From the NCBI GenBank assembly GCA_030295235.1, contig AP026123.1, forward strand, positions 930,001 through 994,000: a stretch of DNA of 64,000 bases, given 5' to 3'. The notes beneath the pieces are model-generated. The model did not search any database. It was not told the origin of the DNA and was given only the letters and a program-made list of their open reading frames with translations. This DNA is from Fistulifera solaris. Its lineage: Eukaryota. Within the stretch, counting starts at the first letter, position 1. Each line of letters opens with the position of its first letter. Below, one piece after another: positions 11,701 through 23,804 of the stretch. Both the position numbers and the translations under genes were made by a program.

Positions 11701-14559
11701 GTTGCGCAGGGCTCTTGTAAACAAGTTATGGGTTAAACCCTTCTTTTCAAAATCTCGTTCACACAAAGCACAAAAGGCTGGTGAGGACTCTGGAAGTCAT
11801 CAGAGGTAGATGGATGAGGATCTGTAGAATTAGTTAAGACTTCTGTCTTCTTTTCCTTATATGTCGGCAACGACAACTCGGTTTGGCCTATGTCATCTAA
11901 ATAGGCGGCCATAAAAGCGGCCCGGACAACTCGAATGAAATTTGCAATACCTGCTCGTCCTTCCACAACGCATCGTAGAACATCAGATTTAACTCTTCGA
12001 TACACAAGACCACCTAATGGGTGCATCATGTCAACAGCACCACATCCCATGTCACTGCTAGAAGACGCATTGCTCGATAAGAAGGTAAGGGAAAGGTGGG
12101 AGCCGAACCAACCCATTGAAGGCAGCGGGACACCCTTGTCTTTGTCCGTTCCGCGCTCCAATGCTTCCAGAAGGTCTCGTGTTAACAGCTGCCGTACATT
12201 GAATTCGTCCATCCCGCTTGTGTGCGATTCTGTTCCATTGATGGCAGCTCGCCAAAGTTGTTCGTTGTGACGATCCTCTGTAGCAAGATCGTAAGAATAG
12301 AGATCGGTCACTAGGGGGAGACATAATCACAACAATATCTTAGCTTACCGACCGGCACCGCCCCAACACCTTCCACAACAACATCGACATCTTCAATATT
12401 CTGGACTGGAAAGAAATCGAGATTTGGGCTATTGAGGCCTGAAAAGGTAGAGTATCGAATGGAATGGAAGACGCTCCCGGGTGCTCCCCCCTATCAACAA
12501 AAAAACGGTCAGAGCAGTCGACAAAAGGAGACTGCAAAACTTTGTTTCTTACCTTCTCCATGCGCTCCATGTCCACGCTCGTACAGACTCATAATCAATG
12601 ATTCAATCAAGGAAGGTAAGTAGCCCATACCGACATCATCATTACCGCCCAAAGGTAAGGCTGCAGTGATCCAACCACGCACAACTGATCGCGCTTGGAT
12701 AAACTGAAGAACGCGACCACCTTGGTAATAGGGCAACCGCGACCGGATAGGTGCGAGGAGACGCGAATCCATAATGGATCCACCAAGAAAGGCGTTCAAT
12801 AACACTTCCGGGCAACTGTGTAGTGACCCACTGGAACAACCACCATGTACGGCACCAGGTATCAATATTTGTGTGTACGCCGCACTCGGAAAAGTGGGAA
12901 TGGCAAGAACGTCTCTGGTCATTGACAGCGCTCGATGAGGAATACCAGCAGTGGCATGCAAAACCACATTTTCTATATCTCTACTTTTGGTTTCTTGCTC
13001 CTGAGAAAGTGGGATGAGTTGTAGCGCAATATTCGGTATCAAAGTCAAACTTGCAAACTGATGGAGGAAGCGACGCTCAAAGAATGGTGCAAAATAAGCC
13101 TGACGAATTCCTTCACCATTCTTCCGAGCACTTTCGATTGCTTCATAAAGACGTTCTTCTACATTTTCCTCTTCTTCGTCCGCGTCCTCGTCATCCTTCT
13201 CTATCCCCTCCAACAGACTTGCTCCGAAATATTCGGGGTCCTCAACGACTTTGAATGGCCCAACAGCAAAGCCTAAAGACCTAGCAGGAACCGGAGCCCA
13301 GATATGAGTACACCACACATTTGTCGCCAAAAGGTTAACAATGGAGGTAGTGTTTTGATTTGCGGCACGGTCAGGAGGAATTAGATGCGCCTGTTGACTT
13401 TCGTTACCGCGCGCCACCTGCAGCATTGTCGCAAGACTACTGCCGAGCTCCTTCTGGACGATCTCCAGCTCGACCGCTTCAAACGTGGCTTCATGCAATA
13501 AAGTTTCACTGCACCCAAAATCTTGTCCTGCACCAATGCACAAGAGACCGTGGCGATACGGGGCGGTGACTTTGACAGTAAGCTCGTGGGTTGTTCGATG
13601 CCTGTAGGAAGCGGAGTCAATGCAAGGGAGCCATGTGCGGGTGCCTTCATGATCACCGTGAACCCCCGTCGTAGTGTATAGATGAGGAGTGTGGTTCGTG
13701 GTCAGTGCGTGAAATCCACCCAGGTGATTGATTGCGTCGGGGAGAGGAATCAAGTAGTCGACCGTGACTTTGAAAGCGCGATTTCCCTTACTTGACACCA
13801 TGCCCGCCGCCAGTCGTTGCGCTACCAAATCAATTCTCTTTTCGCGTTTCTGTTGCAATCGCTGGGATAAATTTTCTTTGAGTCGCCCGACCGTATCTCC
13901 CTCCGCCATTGGCGGGCGGCCAATTCGGCTTTCCAGAGTTGTTCTGCGGCACTAGGAACGGGAAAGACCGGAACCGCACACGAAATTCGCAACTCCCCCA
14001 TATTACTCGCTATACTCGCGGCTCGCAAACCGGTCGTCATGCCCACGGCGCCACGCGACGACTGCACATCCGCGTCAAACCGAAACTCGTCCGAATTCGT
14101 ATACGAAGAAGGAGGCTTGATGAGAACATGTTCCAACGGATCGAAATGAAAAAATGTGGTATGCAACGGCTGTAACCCATTCTTTGACATGGCTTCGACC
14201 CGAACGTCCTGCACTTGACACGCCCGCAAGTGTAGCGCGAGAGAGACCCGGTTCGAGTTGTTCGGCGTGCGAGTCGCACGTCAGATAAAGTGAGGTTGTT
14301 CCGCGACCGTACCATTTACTTTCTCCACCAGGTGATTGATGAAAAGAAAATGAAGAGAGCTGACTTGATGAAGAACCGAATGCTCTGCTACACTTGCAGT
14401 TGGTGGAGATGTGGGTGGTGGATTGAAGCATTGTCTCTTGGGAGGCGGTGCTGCCGCGGACGAAGCGCGTTTCGAGGCATCGCTGGAAAGATTGAGCCGC
14501 AGCGTTTGCCCCTGTCGTGAAGGAGGATTTTCGCCCTCTGCATTTCCTGCCGTTGACAT
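8779..14559 (-). CDS. TAF2: TFIID subunit 2 (TAF2, M1-aminopeptidase-like fold), fragmented by introns/indels
   Basis: Consecutive minus-strand ORFs contain GELRI, TRTWLPCIDS, SLGFAVGPF, LLWVRVDP, DAGAQVDAIRAL and YRVRSAA, all typical of TAF2. Total length ~1800 aa. Intron near 12310-12550. Confidence 0.8.
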
Positions 14560-15059
14560 GAAAAAGAAATGATTGTATTATTGTTTCCTCTTGTTGTGAT
14601 GTTTCACCCTTTTTATAGAGTAGATCCGCTCGTTGCGCTCGTCCGCTCCGCATCGGCGGATCGTTGACTGCCGGCCGGCTGCCGGGTCACTAAGGTTATA
14701 GGTAAGGACGTATACAATAATACTATAGGATCATTGTGTTGGTTCAGGGAGACCGCGACTGAATTTCAGTCACGCTCCTGATATGGAAAACGAATAGAAC
14801 GGCGCTAAGCTGGGCCACAAATGATAGTGCAAAATAACCAATCAACTTTTGAGGCTTTTATTGGTGTCAAGCTAGATTACGATTTTCATTTGAAACGCAA
14901 CAGATTGATATACGCCTCCGATATTCTACAATTGACCTCCGTTCGCTTTGCCAAATTGTTCAACTAGTCTACAACTTTTTTATAACAATAAAGTTCTTTG
15001 CAGATTGTTGACTTCCGTATATAATAGACTATGGACCCAAGTTACGCGCACTAATAAAA

Positions 15060-15830
15060 CGGCTGCATTTCAGTCATGAATCTTCCAAGTCAGACAGCTA
15101 CCTATAACCTTGGTTCGTTCTGCCGACGTGGAAAGTTACGATTGTCTTTCCTATCAAACAAATACCCCCAAAAGAATTTTCATTGCACGAATGTGAGCTA
15201 TGATTCGATTTTATTCCAATGAATAACCTTCAGCAGCAACAACAATGCACTTATTGATTCGTGATGTCGAAAAGCCTTGGGCACACAAAGAATTTGGTAT
15301 TTACTATAGACCCAAACTGATGTTGTCCGTTTTCACCACGACTGAACTCCAGTCATGAATTAATTTCCTTCCGAGCCAGATTGCTGCGTAACCTTCGTTC
15401 TTACTGCTGTCATGTTGAACTATATTTTTCTTTATTACAGTGAATAATTTTCAGCAGCAACAACAATGCACTTATTGATTCTTGATGTCGAAAAACGTTG
15501 GGGAGCAAAGAATTCCGTATTTACTATAGACCCAAACTGTTGTCCGTTTCACCACGACTGAACTCCAGTCATGAATTAATTTTCTTCCGAGCCAGATTGC
15601 TGCGTAACCTTTGTTCTTACTGCTGTCATGTTGAACTATATTTTTCTTTATTCCAATGAATAACCTTCAGCAGCAATATAGCAATGCACTTATTGATTCG
15701 TGATGTCGAAAAGCCTTGGGGGAAGTAGAATTCTGTATTTACTATAGACCCAAAAAGAAGGCGACCTTCACCACGACTGAGTTCCAGTCATGAATCAATA
15801 TTCACGACGCCAGACTGCTATTAAACCCTT
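15060..15830. repeat. Imperfect tandem array, ~3 copies of a ~218-bp unit with a palindromic core
   Basis: 'ttcagcagcaa..caatgcacttattgattc.tgatgtcgaaaa' recurs at ~15229, ~15450 and ~15667. 'actatagacccaaa...cacgactgaactccagtcatgaat' recurs at ~15303, ~15523 and ~15741. Confidence 0.9.
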
Positions 15831-16153
15831 ACTGAAACTGCGAGCTAGGTAATACCCCAACGAAATAATTCCATTTGCGCTCGCTTTTGCAGAAGTGAAA
15901 ATTGTAGAATAATCATCAACAGAATCGCAAGCACAATAGAGCTGCTCGCCCTTTCATTCTATAGCCCCTTATAACCTTCGTTGCTGTAAGTTTAGGCGGT
16001 CTGGCCAACCTCGTCAAGACTGTGTTCAGCGTAAACCACGTGGCAGTCGAAACCCGCATAAAAAATAAGGTGCACTTTTCACCATCAACAACAAAACATT
16101 CATAAACATATAAACATCATTCATCTCAACGACCGAACAAGAAAGACACAACA

Positions 16154-17631
16154 ATGATGCGAAAACAAGCAAGAATATCATGTTTGGGGATCTGTGTACT
16201 ACTTTGGAGTTTTCTGATCTCTTCTTATATTCCTAGTTGGGCCAAAGAAATCGAAGCGACCGAAGAGTGGACGTTGTTGGGAGAAAACGACACAGTTGAT
16301 GCTGGCATGCACATTCGTATCGATATGACAACGGGTGAAAAGTGGGTCAAACTAATCAGTGATGATGACAGCAAGTCGTCAACACAAGATGTGCAGGTTT
16401 CGACGGATGGTGGCATGCAACTCGTCCCACGCAAAGATTCTCCCGACCCGACCACAATTCCTTATGATTTTGATATGATGCATCGGACACTATCGAAACT
16501 TCCAGAAGACGAACAAGAACAACTTGGACTTCCTTCGTTACCGGAAGGGACGGTCCAGGCATTGTCTGCGAACGAGCGGCACGAGTTTGAACGAACCATG
16601 ACGAAGATATGGGAAAAGCGACAGGCGCAACTGAAAGCAGTTATGGAGGAATCGGTCGCTGATCTTCCAGAAATTCTAAAAGATCGAATTGCGAGAATAC
16701 AAGAATATATTATGAACCCAGTAGCGCATCTCGAAACTGCTGATTTCGAGAATACAGTGGAAGGTCAAGTCAGTCATATTTTGTCGGTCGTCCAAGATCT
16801 GGAATTTTCGCTCTCCGACGTCGATATGGCACGAGACTTCTTTACCATGGGAGGCTGGAATCTATTGCTGTCTTTAATATCGGAAGACGTTCACACATCA
16901 CCGAATGCAACGTCGACACACCATTTAAGAGATAAAATAAACATGCTCCAGGGACACGCCGCATGGGCTTTGGGGACGTCTGTGAAGAACGTGGGAGAAT
17001 TCTACCCCTTGCCACTGCAAAAGTTCATTTGTTCGGAAATGGAGAGCGTGTTGTTTCTGCGATACAATTACTCTTGGAAGAATATGACCGCGCAACAACC
17101 AGCGAGCTCCAAAGCGACGAATCGACGCAGTCTCGTTACTTTAAATGCCAAAAGCTGTTATATGCCATGGGGTCACTTCTAAGGGCGAACAGAGCCGCAC
17201 AAACTCAATTTGTCGGCTTTGGCGGCCCAATGAAGCTGGGAGCTCAACTTGCGAAATCATTTGAGCAGGACGAGAGCATGAGACCGGGAAAGACTAAGGA
17301 GAGTCTACTTGTGCTGGCTAACGATCTTGTTTCTGATGTCACACTTCACCCAGGAAAATCGGAGCAAGTCGATGATGCTATCATTCAGAGCTTTTCAACA
17401 AGCATTTGGTGTGATTCCATCCTTTTGGCGCTCGAAAGTGATTTCCGATTACAAGAAAAGGCTTTCGAGGCTACCAGAACGTTTCTTCCTCATTGTCGAT
17501 GGCAAGCAAATGATATCACAAATGCGCTATCTAAACTCCGATCATCTTGGGAGGGAACTGGCAATGAAAGAGATGCCGATTTGCAGTATGAATTATTGAA
17601 GCTTGTCGACTCAACTCTTGCTATGCTCTAA
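16154..17631 (+). CDS. SIL1: ER nucleotide-exchange factor SIL1/Fes1-like (armadillo), frameshift near 17020
   Basis: Signal peptide, the SIL1 N-terminal motif GMHIRIDMTTGEKWVKL, and DLEFSLSDVDMARDFFTMGGW...AAWALGTSVKN...KLLYAMGSLLR. Confidence 0.8.
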
Positions 17632-17646
17632 TTTCAGAAAAGTAAA

Positions 17647-20123
17647 TTACTTGGTTTTCAATACCAACGCTTGTTCATTGTGAACGCGAGTTGTTCTTCG
17701 CTGAGTCGTGGTAGCATCTCGACTCCATTCAGAGGGTAGCCTGTCTAAGAGCAATGCTTTAGGAGGGCTACGATTCCATCGTAATCCGATTCTTTTGTCG
17801 TAGTCGCCTTCAACAACTCTGAGTTCGTCGTCTCTCACATTGATGATAGTCTGCGCAAAGTCATGGGACAAACCAAAAGGCGTTTTAAAGATTTGAGTGG
17901 AAGCATAGCCACAACCTGCCAAACCATTTCCTGTGTTAGCAAACCATTTGCACAACATTCGTCGAAAAGACCTTCCACAACCTCAACGTGCTGGTCGTCC
18001 AAATCAACCACCTGTGTCCTGAGGACTTCAGTGATCAAGTAAAAGGATCTAGCATTGCGTTTGCCATAGCGAAAGGTATCGATAGCAGTATTGTATGCAT
18101 GGAGTCTGTCTTCAATTGTGAACTGTGGTCGGCAGCAAGTCTCGAGTACATAGTTGCAAGGAAACGCCGACAACTTGCCAGTTAGATCTTTTAGCTTCAC
18201 CAACAAGGCCGACGCGCGAGTAACTGGATTTAGCTGAGAATCGGCATCCAACTTTTGTATACACCACGCCTGTATCGCAAGCGCAAAAAGACCATTGTAA
18301 TTGTCCGAGCACACTCCTTTCTTGATTGTCCATCTCAACAAGTTTTCGCAATGCTCCGCTGGATATAATTCGCCTGACAGGCCCTCATAGCGTCTACCAT
18401 CAGTGGATTTCTGGAGCCAGGAAGATAACGCATATCTGAGATGAACTTCGCGTGGCTCAAAACGCTCACCTCGGCTCTCATAAAGTTCCATCAACTTCAT
18501 GAAAAGTGACTCAGCTCGACAGGCAGCAGCTGGATCAGAGGATCTTAAAAATCCCTTCATCGCTATGGCAAACGTTTGACCGGTCAGTTCCCGACTGGAT
18601 GACGTGTTTTCAAGAGCCCGATAAAGCATCTTTTCCACCAAGAAAGGCGCCCCTTTGTACTCAGAATCTAAAAGTTCCGACATCGAAGCGTTAAATTCGT
18701 ATATCCTTGTGTAGGGTGCATCAACGACCAATTGCAATAGTTTCTGAATTCGATCTTCACTGTCAGGTAACTTGGACTCATCCCATGCTTTGATCAGCCG
18801 AATAATCGTGTCGTTCCGTGGCCAGCAAGTTCTCCACAAAGGGCTCTTTTCTTTCATTTCTCTGAGCCAGGTCATACACTATCCTGTCAGCACGAAGTAA
18901 AGATGAATTCCGAGGTTCTGTTTTGGTGAGGGCATCAACAAGAACTCCCGTGGCCCATGAGACATCAAGGCCTTTTCTGATTGTGGATACAATTTCTGAC
19001 CGAGTCTCGTGGAGTATTCTTTGCAGCAACGCATCAATTTCGGCAACGAAATTCGACCGCAAAGTTTGACCTGAATAAATGATATACTTGCTGTACGCTT
19101 GGAGAACAGCATGATAGCTAAAGCTGTCCAGAAGAAATTCATAGTTTCCTGTTCTTTCGTAATAACGATCCATTCTGGCGATAATGCCTTTTATCTGATT
19201 CAAAGCTGTCGGATGCTTCGAGACACGAGACTTTGCATAGGAAGACAACACCATGTTAAAGCACGCACGGTCCGGATATTCTAGTTGCGGTAGCTCAAAG
19301 CTAGATTGAGCAAGCGTAAGTTGACTGGCGTCTTCCAGCTCTTGCAGGTATTGGAGTGCTTTCGCGGGCCCTTCCGTAGCCCCAGATAATGCCCATGCCC
19401 GAATCACGCTTTTGTAGCTTCTTCGGCACGGAACAGGCGAACGAAGTTGATGATCTGCATCTGGAGGAAAATACGACTTTTCTTTAGTGTATTCGGCCTT
19501 CATCAAATTCAAAATATGTTCGGCTCGTTCAGCTGCTTCCTCGGACTTGACTCCCGACCAAGCAATAATTGTGCGCACATACATCATCTGCGTCGGAAAT
19601 GGTAGATCCGAGGATGGATCTGATACGACCTTTCTATGCTCCTCTGGATCTGAAGGAAAGCGACTGAGACAATTCAGTATGATTCGTTCCGCTAGCCTGG
19701 CACCTCGAATAGAGGGAGCAACCGGTGCATCCGTCGTAGTTTCGATTGCATTCATCCCAGTATCGCACGCCCTTCTTATCAAGGGATGGAGCAGCGCGTA
19801 AACATCCCGTGAGGTCAGTGATTCCAGTGAATCAAGTTGTTTCACCACTTCTTCCAGCTCATCAATCGAAAGAGTCTGTATTCGGGCGGCATCCATCTCG
19901 AAAATGGAAAGACTTTCCGTACTATTGGAGCGCTCGGCTTGTAGAAAAGTGCTGTAGCGATAAATACCCTTCGGCACCGGCGGAATGAAAAAGAATCGCG
20001 AAGACGAGGAGTAGTGATTGCTGCATGAATTTCATAACCGATGCTCGAGGCAAAATATCTAAGTAAAACATGGCGCCTTGAAATCTTCTTCACTGATTTC
20101 GTGCAGAATCTAGACGCCAGCAT
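17647..20123 (-). CDS. Pentatricopeptide-repeat-like organellar protein (fragmented)
   Basis: Degenerate PPR motifs (SYKSVIRAWALSG...AKALQYLQEL; CFNMVLSSYAKS; SYHAVLQAYSK; TFAIAMKGFLRS..AACRAESLF). Arg/Ser-rich mitochondrial-like presequence MLASRFCTKSVKKISRRHVLLRYFASS. Confidence 0.7.
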
Positions 20124-20886
20124 GATGATTGGAACCCTCGCTGGTAAAACCGTTAAGCTGCCCGCTTAATAATGAAAGAACATTTAGTTACTTCGAAGCG
20201 AAAATGTTGCAAATGAAGAAGTTGCCAACGTTTGGATCATCGTCTCAAGAAGTCAGGATTGCAATGATAAAAATTTGCAGAAATCTGCTTTTGCAACAGC
20301 ATGCCCCGGGATTCGATTTAACCTTGTACACGAACTCCCCTTCCGCCTTTCCGCCTTCCGCGTCTTCAGCCTATGTATCGATACTTTGGACTAGGACGAA
20401 AACATCCTCTCACATGCAACCGAAGCTTCCCCTACAATCTGTCATATAGCAGACCCGTTAAAGGCCACGATTTCAATTTATTTAGCGGTCATAAACACAG
20501 TAATTGAGATACTAAAGCCGTTTTGAGAGTTTTGGCGGCGGTCGAATATGGTCATGCGAAAGAAATAGCTAAGGATTGTACTTTACGATTAACCGTTGAA
20601 GATTGGAAGCAGTTTTTAATCCGCACGAAGATATTTCCCCGAGTGACGCGTTTAGTTTTGTATGACCTGAACAGAGCTATTTTATTTTAGTTTCTGAATA
20701 GAACAGGTTCTGCATTTAGATGATGAAAAGACATCTTCCAAAGGCTGCCAAAGGTTTTGACATCAAGACTTTTCGGTTTCAGTTCCATTCATTTTTCAAT
20801 CTCGCTGCCTTTTCCATCAAGGTGTCATAAACATCAACAACATTCGATCTTCGCATAACAATAGTTGCCGCTAATACCGTGCAACG

Positions 20887-22452
20887 ATGAGCGGCGCCGA
20901 AATAATTAATTTCATACGAGAAGGCTGGCTCATTCCATGCGTACTTTACCCATATTTGGCGGTTGAATTTATGTTCTTCATGCTTTTCAAATTGTATCTC
21001 GTCCCAAAGGCAAATATTCGAACACAGACTCAACCGTATCGAGACTACGGAAACGACAGGCACAAGCTATTAGAACGAGTTTTGAATCGATTATCACTCA
21101 TCTGCAAAAAGACTGGTCGATGCCCTCAAAAAGAAGCTCAAAAATTTCTTCACAACTGGTTCCGACCCATCTCTTCGACCGATGAAGTAGTCACTTCATC
21201 TCCATCTCGACCTTTTTCAGCACCCCTGCCGCTGGAATCTATGTCGAGCACTGCCTCCGATAATGACACAGATTCGGTTTCATCGGTGGAGGACGATGAA
21301 GACTCAATGATGCGGTGCTCTAAGCAAGGAATATCGTTCCCGGAAATGACTGTAGAAAACATCGGAAAGGACGAAGTAGATGAATTCCTGGCGTGGTCAC
21401 TCTTTGAGAAGGAGCCACGCGACATGGTGGAATGGGAGAAAGATGAGTTGGAAGTTTGCCATCTGCTTTTGCGACAAAAGCTCAATTTGGCATTCGAACC
21501 CGGTAGATTGAATGTTATGCGACCGCGTCGTTTGTCAAAAGAGGACGTCGATACCCTTCATCGACCGCTTGTGATTTACTTGTTTGTTGCCCTCTTCAAA
21601 GCACTCGCTGGCTGGCAGCTGATGGCGTTCGGATTCCGAAAGATTGTGTCAAAGACTGGAGTAGTAGCGTGGTTTCGTCCAGCTTGTCACCAAGAAGCGG
21701 AACAGCTAATGCCTCGTCTTTTCTTTCACGGGGTTGCACCGGGCGGAGCGAGTATGTACCTTCCCTTCGCTTTTAGCCTAGTCAGTGACGGCCGCGCATC
21801 ATTTTTGTTCGAGAATCCCAATATATCATGCACAATAGGCTTCGGAGCACTCACCGAAGTGGAGTACGTAGAAGGAATCATGGAGATTGTCAATCGATCC
21901 GTGGGGGCGGATAAAAATCTTTCCATTGTCGGACACTCCTTCGGATCGGTACCACTGACGTGGATGATCCGCTCTTCTGAATTGAAGGATCGAGTGCATC
22001 AAATGGTCCTGCTTGATCCCGTTACGATCATGTTGAGCGAGCCCGATGTAATGGTTAGCTTCCTGTACAAGACTGGGATCAGCTTGATCCGAATGGTGGC
22101 GGGCTCGGAGCTTTTCACTATTTACTACTTGCGTCGACATTTTGCGTGGTATAACAGCGAGCTTTGGTTGGAAGATATCCCCGAACACACGCAGACCGTC
22201 GTCGCTCTGTCGCAACAAGATGAGATCGTCAACGCAGAGAAAGTACGAGAGTATGTGGAGCTCGGTTTTAGCGGAAAGCTCGATCTGTTATTCTGGAAAG
22301 GTGCTAGTCATGGAAAATGTGTGTATACTCCATCCAAGTGGAGGGAATTGAAGGAAGTAATGAACAGGCAAGAATCGTCCATTGTAAACACCATGGACAA
22401 AAGTGAAGATTTTGGATCATTCCTGGATTGCTATTCACAACTCGAAGATTAG
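20887..22452 (+). CDS. Alpha/beta hydrolase with N-terminal membrane anchor
   Basis: FFHGVAPG oxyanion motif, VGHSFGS nucleophile elbow, LLDPVT, QDEIV and GASHG. Intact 521-aa ORF. Confidence 0.85.
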   Translation: MSGAEIINFIREGWLIPCVLYPYLAVEFMFFMLFKLYLVPKANIRTQTQPYRDYGNDRHKLLERVLNRLSLICKKTGRCPQKEAQKFLHNWFRPISSTDEVVTSSPSRPFSAPLPLESMSSTASDNDTDSVSSVEDDEDSMMRCSKQGISFPEMTVENIGKDEVDEFLAWSLFEKEPRDMVEWEKDELEVCHLLLRQKLNLAFEPGRLNVMRPRRLSKEDVDTLHRPLVIYLFVALFKALAGWQLMAFGFRKIVSKTGVVAWFRPACHQEAEQLMPRLFFHGVAPGGASMYLPFAFSLVSDGRASFLFENPNISCTIGFGALTEVEYVEGIMEIVNRSVGADKNLSIVGHSFGSVPLTWMIRSSELKDRVHQMVLLDPVTIMLSEPDVMVSFLYKTGISLIRMVAGSELFTIYYLRRHFAWYNSELWLEDIPEHTQTVVALSQQDEIVNAEKVREYVELGFSGKLDLLFWKGASHGKCVYTPSKWRELKEVMNRQESSIVNTMDKSEDFGSFLDCYSQLED

Positions 22453-22523
22453 AATTTTTGACGTGAATAGATAATGTTGTAGATGTACTCATAAAGTCGA
22501 TTTTTTAGAATCAAGAATCAACT

Positions 22524-23342
22524 CTAATATAAAGGACTCAGAACATAGCGAGGGTCTGGGTAGTCAATCAACGCCATTGCTCTATCATTCAAGGATACAG
22601 CTCCTGGCATGTCATGAGTTTCAGGAGGCTTTATTGCGAGTTGAAAGTGGACATGCGGAAAGAACCAACCGCCGTTTTCGAAAAAGTCTCCTATACTTGC
22701 AATCCTTTCTCCTGCTACCACAAGCTGTCCGATTGCCCGTCCTTCAATGCTATCGGCCGATAGATGACCATACAAGGCATAAACTTGGCGGTCATTTGGT
22801 AAGTCATGACGGATCACTATCACATGCCCATAATCGCCAAGGGCTGGATTGTAGCCGACCGCATGAATTGTTCCTTTTGTAAAGGCATACACCGGCGTCC
22901 CGACAGGCCCTTCTAAATCGATTCCGACGTGTATAGTTCTTCTGCCTTGATAGCCGTCAATACTGTTCTCCAAATCGTCAAACAGTTCGGAACTATACAA
23001 CCCCACTCGATCTTCGTCATAACGCCCGACGGCGAAAGGAGGCGCTGGTGGGCGGTCTGGACTCGTTCGCGTCCTTCGCTCTTCCTCGGTAGCCAACTGT
23101 CTGTTCGCGACAGGCTTTGTCAAATCCAAGATCTCATAGCTTGAAGGAAACCGAACGACAGGATGAAATAATTTCCGGTCTTCCTCCGTCAAGTTCAGAG
23201 GATTGGGATAAGCGCCAAAAGGACTCAAAGGTGGGGGGATATTCGCATCTGACATGTTTAGGTAGACGTTCACAGGACTGCTTGCGAAAATTAGCCACGT
23301 AATGAATTTAGGTAATCGAATGAATGAAGAAAGAAACCTCAT
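22524..23342 (-). CDS. Peptidase family M23 (LytM-like Zn endopeptidase)
   Basis: HVGIDL...GTPVYA...GDYGHVIVIRH...LYGHLS...ENGGWFFPHVHFQ: both the HxxxD and HxH zinc ligands are intact. No intron. Start at 23342 or 23255. Confidence 0.85.
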   Translation of the reverse strand: MRFLSSFIRLPKFITWLIFASSPVNVYLNMSDANIPPPLSPFGAYPNPLNLTEEDRKLFHPVVRFPSSYEILDLTKPVANRQLATEEERRTRTSPDRPPAPPFAVGRYDEDRVGLYSSELFDDLENSIDGYQGRRTIHVGIDLEGPVGTPVYAFTKGTIHAVGYNPALGDYGHVIVIRHDLPNDRQVYALYGHLSADSIEGRAIGQLVVAGERIASIGDFFENGGWFFPHVHFQLAIKPPETHDMPGAVSLNDRAMALIDYPDPRYVLSPLY

Positions 23343-23804
23343 TTTTGTTGTTTGCTCCTTTCGTTTTTGCTTTTTGCTTGACCTTACCTGGTATTTTTTC
23401 GTCCATGCGGCGCTCGCAATACCGGTTTCATATCTCTGCGACAACCGCTTGTTCACTTCGCCTTATTGTGACTTGTGACCGTGTGACACTTGCGAAATTT
23501 GAACCTTCTTGGTTCGCGCTTACTACTTAGCATTCAACGGGTAGAAACCGTTAAAAGGCGCGACCGATCGGTTGTGCGAAAAATTTGGCACAACCAATGA
23601 TACAGTGAACAGCAGAACAACGACTGGCGAAAGCGAGGGGGAGAATTTGATCGACGTAATTGGCCTTCCAATGAGAAAACATCAAGCCATCGACGAAAGC
23701 ATCACAAAGTTCTTTCTGACACCATTTTTATAACTTCTATTGAGAGAACTTACAGTTTTGTGCTGCGTGTTTGCTCTTCTTTGATCGCCTTATCTACCTG
23801 AGCC

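Noticed and set aside
14700..16150. Centromere call for the AT-richer intergenic region
   Set aside because: It is short, and neither GC depletion nor CENH3 binding can be established from inspection alone.
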